Shown one piece after another: positions 1-10,099 of a stretch of 64,000 nucleotides of DNA (within the stretch, counting starts at the first letter, position 1; each line of letters begins with the position of its first letter). Position numbers and translations under genes: made by a program. Source of the DNA: Lama guanicoe (taxonomy: Eukaryota); NCBI GenBank assembly GCA_013239625.1, contig MU053934.1, positions 6,094,399 to 6,158,398 on the forward strand, in the 5' to 3' direction. The notes below the pieces were generated by a model, which saw only the letters and a program-made list of their open reading frames with translations, was not told the origin of the DNA and ran no database searches.

Positions 1-1811
1 ATCCTGTAAAGGTGTCTATGATTACCAACAGGTATTTCCATCCCTTACAAGAGGGCATCTGGGTAAAGTCCATTTGCCAGTCTTCCTCTGGATAAGTTCC
101 CCGATGTTGTGTGGGCCAGAGTAAGGGTAGGGGTATATAGGGTGACTCCCTGGGTCATTGCGGCACCAAGTTCACAGGCCCTAGTGACTTCCTTAACAAT
201 TTGGGACAATCCCTTGCCTAGGAACACTTGAGAAATTAGTCTGAGCATGGAGTCCCGCCTAGGTCGGTGGACTAATGGAGATGCTTAATTATTTTCCATT
301 GTTTGTCCCTAGGAATGAGAAGCTTATTATCTTTTGTCAGTACCCCAAGAGATTCTTTTCTAGCCCCGTGTTTAGGCCATTCAACCTCTTCAGGTGTACA
401 GGACGGCACCGTTGGGAGAGGCTGGTCCTCAGGTAGGAGAACTGCAGCTTGTAAGACTGGCTGTTCTCTGACTGCAACTTTGGCGCCTTGTCTGAGAGGA
501 TGTTTCCCTTTATAAGGGAAGAATCACTCTTTGGGTGTCCCCTGCAGTGTATGACTGCAACCTCTTTCGAAAGCTGGACTGCTTCTAGGAGTTTCAGAAT
601 TTCTACCTGGTGTTTGATAGGGGACCCCTTGGCTGTGAGCAGTCCTCTTTCTTTCCATATGGCAGCATGGGCATGTAACACTAGGAATCCATCAGTATAG
701 ATATTGATTCTTAAACCTTTTCTTAACTAGAGTGCTCTGACTAAAGCAATCAGTTCAGCCTTTTGGGCAGAAGTCTGGGAGGGCAGAGCTCCAGACTCAA
801 TGACTGTTTGTAGGTTTGCTGTAGCGTAACCAGCTCTCCTTGTTTCGTTATGCATAAAGCTGCTTCCATCAGTAAACCATCCTGCATAGGGATTGACAGG
901 GGCTCATCCCTGAGATCTGGCTGGCTACAGTAAACTTGTTCAATAGTCTCCACACAGGAGTGAATAAGGGTGAGTCTGGATGCAGAGGAATACAAAAGAA
1001 AGCATCCTTTAGGTCTAGTACTGTGAACCAGATTGCATTTTCTGGGACCTGGGTCAATAAAGTATAGGGATTAGGGACTATAGAATGAATAGGGACCACT
1101 GCCTCATTAAGTGTCCTTAGATCTTGAACAAACCAGTATTCTCCATTTTGCTTTCTTATGGGCAACATGGGAGTATTACATGGAGATTGGCAGGATCGTA
1201 ACAGCCGTACTTTAAAAACTTGGTTATTAAAGGCTGGATACCTTGTTGGGCCTTGGGCCTCAAGGGATATTGTCTCCTCCATGCATAATCAGCACTTGGC
1301 TTTAAGGAGATCTGAACTGGGGGCACATTAGTAGCCTTGCCTGGGACCTCTGTGTCCCAGACAACAGAGTTTACTTGAGAAACAATATGAGGTGGAAGGG
1401 AGAGCCCCCCTGGTTTAGTATTGAGGTGGGTTCCCAAGGCCAAGAGTTTTTCTTGGTGGATGCCTTCTTGATGAGGGTCTCCAAATTGTATTACTGTCTG
1501 GAATTTAGTGAGTAAACCCCTTCCCAACAAGGGGATGGGGCATTCAGGCATGAGCAGAAACTGATGTGCAAAGGTAAAATTTTCTAGCAGGCAGCTAAGG
1601 GAGGACGTGAATCACTTGGTTTCGGGCTATCAATCCCCGTTACTTCACAGTATTAGAAGGACAAGGGTCCAGGGAAATCAGTCAGCAGAGTAGGCAACTG
1701 CTGTATCTAATAAAAAAAAAAACTTTTCTGCTTGCCACGTCACGGGTTACCCGAGGCTCCTCCAGAGAAATGACCAAATGTCCTATGGGAGCCAGGGAGG
1801 GCCTTGGGCCC
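1..1811 (-). pseudogene. pol: ERV pro-pol remnant (protease, truncated RT, RNase H, start of integrase)
   Basis: ORFs 1156-1551 (PECPIPLLGR), 869-1282 (LDLKDAFFCIP), 750-995, 337-681 (RNase H) and 45-248 (IN zinc-binding region). RT YxDD region is absent. Confidence 0.9.
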
Positions 1812-2689
1812 CATCGGTCTTCAATTACCTCAGCCATCATTGGTTTGGGAGCCCCAAGCCCCCTTCAGGGCTGGCGGCAGTCCCATTTCCAGTGGCCTTT
1901 TCGTTTGCATATCGGGCAGGGTCCCCATGAACCTTTTTTAAACATAGGGCATTCATTCTTCCAGTGGCCCTCCTGGCTGCACTTAAAACAGGTCCCTTTT
2001 TGGCAAGGCTGTGGCTCTGATCCAGGCTTCCTGGATCCTGTTCTTGCCATGGGCCTTTGTGGAGGGTAACCCTGAGGTGGTGCAGAGATTAAGGCTGCCG
2101 CTAGGAATTGTGCCTTTTGCTGTTGTCCCTGAATCCTTTTTGCCTCTTCAACCTTGTCTCTATTGTTAAATACTTTAAATGCCAGATCTATGAGCTGATT
2201 AATAGGGGTCTGGGGTTCCCTAGCTGCCCAGAAGGGGCCTTAGGGGTAGATAACTGGGAAGATTATCCCCCCTCAGAGTCGAGGGAGGTAAAAGCTCCTG
2301 GCTGTGGGTCTCAGGGAGGTGGACCCATAAAGAGTCATCTAAAACATCGAGCTCCTGTTGGGGGAGACGCTTTGAAGGGCACAGGAGCCAGGCATACCCA
2401 GCAGGATTCCCTAGACCTAGGTCTTGGGATAGGGCCAGAAACATTTGGAAGTATGAGACTTCCCTGTTTACCTCCTTTTACAAAACAGGTCTAGCTGTAA
2501 GATGGTATTGTAATTTAATGACCCATTCTTTGGCCAGACCTCTTTGTCTCCTAGTTTGTATAGGGGCCATGCAGTATTACAAAGAAAAATTAACTCCTTT
2601 TTCTTTAAACTATCCTGTTTAAACTTTTCCCAGTTTAATAATATGCATCCTAATGGGGACTCCATTGAGATACTTGTAGTTGTCCCCAT
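1812..2689 (-). pseudogene. gag: ERV gag remnant (MA, most of CA deleted, NC with two zinc knuckles)
   Basis: ATG at 2689 with Gly2 (myristoylation type). ORFs 2468-2689, 2220-2444 and 1865-2050 (CFKCSQEGHWKNEC, CPICKRKGHWKWDC). Frameshifted. Confidence 0.9.
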
Positions 2690-3602
2690 CTTGGCTAGGA
2701 TGTCCTGTCCGTGAGCCTGAGGTGCTCCTTTGGACTGGTTAAGGGAAGGAACAAGGGCCAGTGGGAGAAAATGTGACTAGTGTCCCAAGGTCTAAATCTT
2801 TTAGAGGGACGGGGACCTAGGTCCTAAGTCAACTAAGCCAATTACCTTTAGCGAAAGGGAAACAAAATAGCTTCAAAAGGTAAAAATCTAGGACAAAACT
2901 GTAATGCTATAGCCACAATGCTTCCTAGACTAGAAATCCTTAGGCCCACTGAGGAGGTGCCCGCCTGCAACTCCGTCTCAGAGGTACTAAAACGTGCGAC
3001 CCCACCGAGGGATGCTACAACCTGCGACCCCACCAAGGGGTGCTAGAAACCGCGATCTGCAAGGGAAGTGCCTGCCCGCAACTCCCACCTACGGATGCAG
3101 TGAGGCCGTGCGCCCCGAGAACTCGGGGAGGGCAGGGCCACAAATTTTCAAAGGGGAACTCCTGGAGTCCCCTAATTTGGGCCCCCTTTCGCAGTTCCGG
3201 CGTCCTGGAACTGGATCAAGGCCGTGCAGGGAAAGGGAATCGGGCTCAAGGAAACACGGAGGGGAATCCCACCCAGTTAGGTTGCCAATTACTTGTCACA
3301 TGGTCTTCGTTTGGATGTCCGAGTGGTTTCCTTGGTGGATCTTTTCCAGTTCGGAAGATAGCGCGATAGAGGAGAGAATGAGAAAAGATCGAGGGGAGAA
3401 ATCCTTGGGCTCGGTGGGCTCCTTCACAGCTAGAGAGGTGCTCTCTGCCAGATCCTGCAGGCAGCGTCAGCCGCCACCTAAAGGGCTTCTTGAATCTGCA
3501 CAGCGCGGGAGAAACCCCCTGCCACCCTCCGAAGAAAGGGGAGCCATAGCCCAATAGGCGGATCAAGAGTATGACCTTTGAGTCCCGTTTCTTTATGTAA
3601 AT

Positions 3603-3620
3603 GCCCCACGTTAGGTGCCA
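3603..3620 (-). promoter_or_regulatory. Retroviral primer-binding site, tRNA-Lys(CUU)/Lys1,2 type
   Basis: Minus strand TGGCACCTAACGTGGGGC versus canonical PBS-Lys1,2 TGGCGCCCAACGTGGGGC (16/18), directly 3' of the LTR end. Confidence 0.85.
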
Positions 3621-3626
3621 AAGATA

Positions 3627-4267
3627 TGATGCAGGAAAATAGATGTGGGGCATGAGGAGGGCCATCTCCCAGGTCTCGGTTCAGCCCCTAAGACGTGCCC
3701 CGCCAAGTGTGGGTCCTTGGCTTCGCGCAGGAAGGAATTCAAGAGCGAGACACAGTTGAGTAAAGAGAGATACACTGAAAGGCAAGAGAAAGGCCATGAG
3801 GTGCGGGGGTTGGGTGCTCAGATTAAAAGTAGGCACACATTCCATAGACAGAGTGCAGGCCATCTCCGAAGAGCAAGGGGGAGAGAGAGAGAGAGAGGGA
3901 GAGAGCGCAGCCACGAGGCACCATATTGCTGGTATTTATGGGCTTGGTGGCTTCATACGCTAATAAGTGGAAGGGCCAGTCTAAGTAGCCTGCGGAAGGG
4001 GCTGGGATTCCCAGGAAGTTGGCCATTTCCCACTCTTTGACCTTTTGTGGCTAGTCCTGGGACGGCTAAGGTGCCCGTGGGCGTGTTGTTTACCACGTTA
4101 ATATATTACAATGAGCGTCTAATGAGGCTCAAGATCTACTAGAAGTTAAATCTCCCACCATCTTGAGCCTCAAGGCCTACTGGGGGTTGAATCTTTCACC
4201 ATTTTGATGTTAATTGCTGTAGCATTCCTTGAATGGCTGTGCTCTGCCCCCACTCCACCCTGTCTCA
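3627..4267 (-). mobile_element. 5' LTR of the ERV (about 641 bp)
   Basis: Minus strand starts TGAGACAGG (4267) and ends ...CTGCATCA (3627), giving TG...CA termini. The PBS follows 6 nt later. TATA-like CATAAATA at 3933-3940 and a (CT)n tract at about 3880-3905. A MIR begins just beyond 4267. Confidence 0.8.
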
Positions 4268-4277
4268 CTAGAGAGGA

Positions 4278-4430
4278 ACAGAATTTCAGAGCTGTTTGGG
4301 ATTTTAGAGATTATCTAGCCCAACTCCTAAATTTTATAGATGAGGAAACAGGCTTAAGTGAACCAACTGGACTTTCCCAAGGTCACAAGCTAGTAAGCGG
4401 GAGGACGGAAGCCTGAGCTCCAGCTCTGGC
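4278..4430. mobile_element. MIR SINE remnant
   Basis: MIR core-like text: ttttatagatgaggaaacaggc...cccaaggtcacaagctagtaag. Confidence 0.7.
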
Positions 4431-4689
4431 TCAGGGCTGGGCCCTTTCTCTCCACTCTAGGCCTCAAGAATGCTTACTCCACGCTACTGTTTACCTGGCT
4501 ACCACGCCTGCACTAGAAACCCAGGCTCAGTGGAGAACCTGACACCCTTTCAGCAGCGGCCAAGCCTGCTCGGGCCATCCATACAAGAGGGCTGGTCTCC
4601 GACGTGGCCCTGCCCTCAGTCAACCTCTGGTTTGCGGAGTAGGCGGGGTGAGGGCTGAGTTCTGTCCCACGACCCTGAGCATAGTCCTG

Positions 4690-5910
4690 GGAACAAAAAA
4701 GCCTGCCCCTCCCCTCCGCGCCGCAGCCCGCACGTGCTGCGCCTCGTGCACCGCCCTAGCCCCGCCCCCGCCCCGCCCCCCATTGGCTGCTCTGAGCCAC
4801 CCCACTCCCCATCCCGGAGCGACTAGGCTCTGCTGCGGCTGCACGTGACACAAGGGGGGTCGGCCGCGCGGCCCCAGTGGGCTCTCTTATAGGTTCCTCC
4901 CGCCAGCCGGGCCCCTCCCAGCCCCGCCTCCCTTCAGTCGCTCGTCTGGAAGGTGGGGAGATTGGGATACAAGGGAGGGGAGAGCAGTTATGGTGGTCCG
5001 AGAGGAGGGTCGGAGTAATGAAGAAGGAGCCGAGGGTGAAACCACGGGTAGAGGGAAACGGGCTTTCGCGGAAAAGGGCCTCTGACCCAGAGTCCAGCAG
5101 ACGCCAATCAGGTGACACGGAGGCGGACGGGGCGGGGCCTCCCGCCTTGCTCCTCACCTGGCCCCGCACGTGTCTCGTTTACCCTGGCGGCCTAACCAAT
5201 CGCGACCCGGAAGGCTGCGCCTGCCCCTCTCGCATAGCGGGCCAATCCTAAACTGCAATCCGGGGAAGCTGGCTTGGCCTAATGAATAATTAATATTCCA
5301 GAGCCTGTCCGCAGGCGGGGTAAGGATGGAGGGAGGTGGGGGAGCCGCTGGGCGCCTGCGCAGTAGCTGCCCGTGTCGGCAGCTGCGGCGGGTCGCACGG
5401 CTCAGTCCCATCTCGGGGGGCGGGCGGGGGAGGCGAGGCGCGCGAGCAGAGCGCGGGGCACGATGTCCGACGCGGGCGGCGGAAAGAAGCCGCCTGTAGA
5501 GCCGCAGGCGGGGCCAGGCCCGGGACCGGGTCGCGCAGCTGGGGAAAGGGGCCTGCCGGGCTCCTTCCCTCTGGTCTTGAAGAAGCTGATGGAGAACCCC
5601 CCGCGAGAGGCGCGCCTCGGTGAGGGGAGGGGGTCCGCGCTTGTCTGGGGGCGGGGTTTCTGCAAGGGCGGGGCCTCAGGAGGGCGGGGCCGGGGAGGTC
5701 GGAGGTCAGGGTGTAGTGGTCCAGAGGAGGGGGATGGGGCCAGGGATAACGAGGGGCTTGGAGGGCGAGGCAAAGGGGTTGGGAAGAGAAGGTCGGGGGC
5801 TAGTTGAGAGAGGCTGGGTCAGATGGGGGTTGGCGGGGAAGGGTCAGGAGGGAGAGGGTAGGGTGGGGGTCGCGATGAGAAGATTCTTTGGGGCGACCCG
5901 GAGCGCGCGA
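4690..5910 (+). promoter_or_regulatory. TEF: TEF CpG-island promoter with E-boxes, CCAAT boxes and GC boxes
   Basis: CpG-dense. CACGTG at 4731-4736, 4842-4847 and 5167-5172. CCAAT/ATTGG near 4782, 5104, 5196 and 5242. Sp1-type CCCGCCC repeats at about 4760-4780. Confidence 0.85.
5463..5619 (+). CDS. TEF: TEF (thyrotroph embryonic factor, PAR bZIP) coding exon 1
   Basis: ATG at 5463, [52 protein letters not shown]. Donor G|GTGAGG. 157 nt, phase 1. Confidence 0.95.
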
Positions 5911-5989
5911 CATGTAGGGGATACTGAGGAGGCTCATGAGGGTCGCAGCAGCCACTTAAATGACGCTCCAGGGCGCCTTCTCTGGGGAC

Positions 5990-6135
5990 GACTGCATCAG
6001 AATCACTTGGGATGTTTGTTTTGAAATGCTGATTCCTAGGCCCCTTCAACGACCCTTCTGCGGCTCCTGGGACAGGAATCTGCATCTTAAGGAGTATCCC
6101 ACCCCCATCTCCTTGATTCCAAAGTCCACTAAAGT
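5990..6135. mobile_element. MER5A-like hAT-Charlie DNA transposon remnant
   Basis: tgcatcagaatcacttggga...aaatgctgattcctaggccc...ggaatctgcat resembles MER5A. Confidence 0.65.
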
Positions 6136-8514
6136 TTGCGATGCCCTGATATACAGTAGCGAATTGTCTTTGTATATGGCCTGCCCCGCTCCGGGGAGCA
6201 GGACCTATCTTCATCCCTGCGTGTGAGTATCCCCACTTAATAGGTTCTCACTGGAGATTTTCTGGAAATGAGTTTCAGGGCTGCTGCTGAGTTGGGGGAG
6301 GGGTATCAGGAGAAGAGATGAGAGGCGCCTTATCAGGGAGAGATTGGGATGAGGCAGGTAGAGGAATGAGGGTCAGAATGAGGCCACTGAGGCCTGTCAC
6401 CTGGTTGTTTGGGGCTGACCCTAGACTTTGGGGCCGCGGTGGCAGGTCTAGGCTTTGGCTTGTTTCCTAGGCCACAAAGGTCCCTGGGGCCTCTGTGGAA
6501 AGCAGGTTTGGCCTTGTTTTTTGGCCTGGGAACGTGAAGTTCAGGGAGCAGCAGGAGTGCCACCTATAGTGGGGTTTTAGGTGCCCTAAAGTATGCTTTC
6601 AATCTGAGAGATTTGAATTTCCAAGAACCACTGGTGTAGATTTGGGAAGGAATGGGCCTTCTGTGAATTACCTGTCTTGGAGAATTAATTTTCTTTTTAA
6701 AAATGCCATTTCTCTTCCTTTCCTGGATGTGTTCTGAGGCTCCCATCCCTATGGCTGTCGCTGTTGGGTTATAAATAGGTTTAGCACATCAGGTGAGGGC
6801 CGGCTCTCTCCTGCTTCAGGACATCATGTGCATAGACCCTTTTGTTTGTTTTTAAAGTTAATACTTTGTTCCAAATCTGGGGCTGAGAAAAGCTGCCAGG
6901 ACAGGTGTACACATCTGTTGGTTCGTGTTCAGGATTACCAAATAATAACCATCCATAACAGTCATTCCACCTTGTGTCTACAGAATGCTCACAAAGCATT
7001 TTGATATAATCTTATTTTATTTAGTCTTCCTCAGCCGTCCTATAGAGTATTATCCCCACTTCTCAGATGAGAAAAGCTGAGGCTCAGAGAGATGAAGGTG
7101 TCTCTAAAAGATCACATAGCTAGGCCTTACATGCTCTTTACTGTATCACTGGCAACTACTGATGTCAGTCCCTGTGATCTGAGAGTGATGGATGTAGTCC
7201 TTTATGGTCTCTTATAATTTTTAAAACCCCATCTTATAAAATGCTGATTAAAAATTATCCTTAATTGCTCAGGCAACTAACTTTTCCTCGTCTTTCAGTA
7301 TGGCTGTTTTTCTCCCCTCTCCTGCTTCCTTTTATCCCCATGACCCCACCCAACATGGACCACAGTCATTTCTGAACAGAATGTAGAGTCAAGATCTCAG
7401 GGGAGAACAGGGAGGCCATCTGGCCCACTCAGCCCACCAAAGCTTGGCTTTCTTACTTCCCATTTGGTTTTAAACCAAAGCCTGGTACAGAAGGCAGTTG
7501 CAAGAATTCAAATTAATTCATATTAGAAGGTATGACCAAATTCTGTTTGTCAAAACCTCCATCTTAACTCACTGGGTGTGTCCATTTTTATTGGACCAAA
7601 AGGCTGCTTTTTGGCTGTCTGTGGTGTAGAAGTCCATGCATGACTGGATAATTTCCAACATAATCATATTTGATTTCTCTCTTCCATTTCAGAATCCAGA
7701 GTTCAAAGTTGTCTCCCTCAATTTGAAAACCTGTTATGAGCTTGTCATGATTTTATCTCCCACTTCTCTGATTAGCCACCCTGTCACTTTGATTTCCTTC
7801 CAACCTTGTCAGATTTCTCTCTTGTCTTTTTTTTTTTTTTTCTTAATTTGCCCTTTCTTGGATATCCACGTGCCTAACTTTTTGACTGAGACAGTTAGGT
7901 AGGATCCGGCCCCCACTGATTGATTAGTTTTGCTTTGAAGGGGAGCAAGCTTTCTTCTTCAGCTCCACCCCACTCCTTTTTCCCAGAAAACCTGCCTTCA
8001 GTCTTCTTTGCTTATTCAGGGATCCAGGTCTCTTGAAATGGTTGCTCTGAAAAAGGTCCTGAAAAGACAGCTCCCGGCCCTCTATTTAATAAACCTGAAG
8101 GGAGTCTGTTTACAAACCTAACCTTCTTCATTCGATATACACGTTTTCCCATGGCCCACTGAGATCTAGAAATGAATGACACAGTCCCTGTCCTGAATGA
8201 GCTCACAGTAATAATGAATGCCTGCTGTGTGCCCTGAGCTCTACGAGACATTTTCAGATGTTACCTCTAGTGTTCACCAGAGGCAGCTTTATCCTTATTT
8301 ACAGTGAAGGACACTGAGGCTGGAGAGGTCTAAAGTCACACATCACTGCAGTGGGCGCCAAAGCTGGGATCCAAGCCCTGGGCTGGGTTGCTGTGGAGAA
8401 GTACAGCTGGAGGGGACAGGACAGGACAGGAGAGGAGAACATAAAATCATCCTTTCCCTAAACTCCATTTCCTCCCTGTAGCCTTTATGGCAGACGCTAA
8501 TCCCACACCCATTC

Positions 8515-8626
8515 TTTTTTTGGTGGTGGTGGGGAGATAATTAGGTTTATTTATTTTTGATGGAGGTACTGGGGATTGAACCCAGTGCTAAGCAGGCACT
8601 CTACCACTGAGCTATATCCTGCCCCC
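8515..8626 (-). mobile_element. tRNA-derived SINE (Vic-1-like, camelid)
   Basis: Reverse of ggggcaggatatagctcagtggtagag...gggttcaatccccagtacctcc...aaataaacctaatta. Imperfect TSD tcccaca(g)cccattct. Confidence 0.85.
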
Positions 8627-8922
8627 TCCCACAGCCCATTCTGAATTAGCCCTGGGACCATATCAGGCCTCAGAGCTTGTGGTGAGCATCCTGGGAAGCC
8701 CAGGCATGGATGAGGGCATGCTGCCATCTCTAAAGGAGACCATCTCTAAAAGGGCCTGGTTCAAGCCCCAGCTTGTAAGTGGAGAATAAAGTGGGCTCTT
8801 GAAATGCATGGATGGAGCAGGACTCTGAGAGAGGTGGGTCCACCCTGTGAGGCTCACTGCTCACCCCCTGGGATCAAGTCACCCTCTTGTGTGGTGTCTC
8901 ATCACAGATTTTGTGTCTGCAG

Positions 8923-9240
8923 ATAAGGAAAAGGGGAAGGAAAAGCTGGAGGAAGATGAGGCCGCAGCAGCCAGCACCATGGCTGTGTCAGCCTCCCTGA
9001 TGCCACCCATCTGGGACAAGACCATCCCGTATGATGGCGAGTCTTTCCACCTGGAGTACATGGACCTGGACGAGTTCCTGCTGGAGAACGGCATCCCCGC
9101 CAGCCCCACCCACCTGGCCCAGAACCTGCTGCTGCCTGTGGCTGAGCTTGAAGGGAAGGAGTCAGCCAGCTCTTCCACGGCATCCCCACCATCTTCTTCC
9201 ACTGCTGTCTTTCATCCCTCGGAAACTGTGTCCAGCACAG
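8923..9240 (+). CDS. TEF: TEF coding exon 2 (transactivation domain)
   Basis: tgcag|ATAAGG ... CACAG|gtgggt. [13 protein letters not shown]...[28 protein letters not shown]. 318 nt, keeps phase. Confidence 0.97.
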
Positions 9241-9589
9241 GTGGGTGACAGGGCTTTGGGCAGGGCCACCTGCCCCTCCAAGGAAATCCACTCCCCACTA
9301 AGGGCTGCTTGTGTCCACACCCCTGGTGAGCTCTTCCCTCAGGGCAGGTCCCAGTGGGCCTGTAGTGGGGAGAAACGCTCTGCCCCCACCCTTCAGCACA
9401 GTCCCCTGAGGCTGGAGATAAAAATAGCAGTCACAACAACTCGGTCAGAGCCTTTCTGGTGCTGGGTTGCTGCAGATGGTCAGCACAGTGGAGTGAGCCC
9501 TCCCAACGGAGGCTTGCAAGATAGAAATCCCATTCCGCATTTCCTCAGCGCTGCTCCTTACCCCAGCGTGCACTTCGCCACAGGTTATC

Positions 9590-9800
9590 ATTATAATACT
9601 AATACCAGCTAACATTTATTTAGCACTTACTCTGTGCCAGGCATTGACATGTAGTCCTCACAAGAACCTTATGATGTTGATACTATTATCCCCATTTTGT
9701 AGGTGAGGAAACTGAGAAACTAAGTAACTTGCCCACGGTCACACAGCTGGTAGGTATTGGAGTCAGCCCTTGAACCCAGGATGTCTGACTCTGTAGCCAG
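9590..9800. mobile_element. MIR SINE
   Basis: agctaacatttatttagcacttactctgtgccaggc...cccattttgtaggtgaggaaactgag...acttgcccacggtcacacagct. Confidence 0.8.
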
Positions 9801-10099
9801 GTACTGCTTAGGCACTGGCACCAAGAAGGCATTTCCGTTGCCAGGACAAATACCATCTTTGGGATTCCTCCTTCATCCTCTTGTCCTTTTTCTGTTCTAT
9901 CTCTGGGGATTGGTTGGTTGGTTTTCTGGCCCCCTGGGCATGAACCCACCAGAGGAGGCATGGCCCCCACTTCCAGGCTCTGCAAAGCTTTCTGCGGGCT
10001 CAGTTGGAGGTGTTCAGGCTCATGGCTCCCGGGCAAGACCCCAGGAGCTGGTGTGGAACCTGTACCCAAGGAATTCTTGTGGTCTTTTTGCTTTTCATT

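Larger units (their letters stand above)
1..4267 (-). mobile_element. Degenerate class I (gamma-like; HERV-W/HERV9/HERV-H-type) endogenous retrovirus: 5' LTR, PBS, leader, gag, pro and pol remnants. Runs off the left edge of the window.
   Basis: Minus-strand peptides occur in retroviral order: MA (MGTTTSISMESPLGCILLNW...FLCNTAWP...ILQLDLFC), CA C-terminus (LIDLAFKVFNNRD), two CCHC knuckles, protease (EEPRV...LLDT), RT N-terminus (QSPCNTPMLP, VQDLR, LDLKDAFF), RNase H (HAHAAIWKERGLL, VAVIHCRGH), integrase start. Many frameshifts and stops. Confidence 0.95.
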
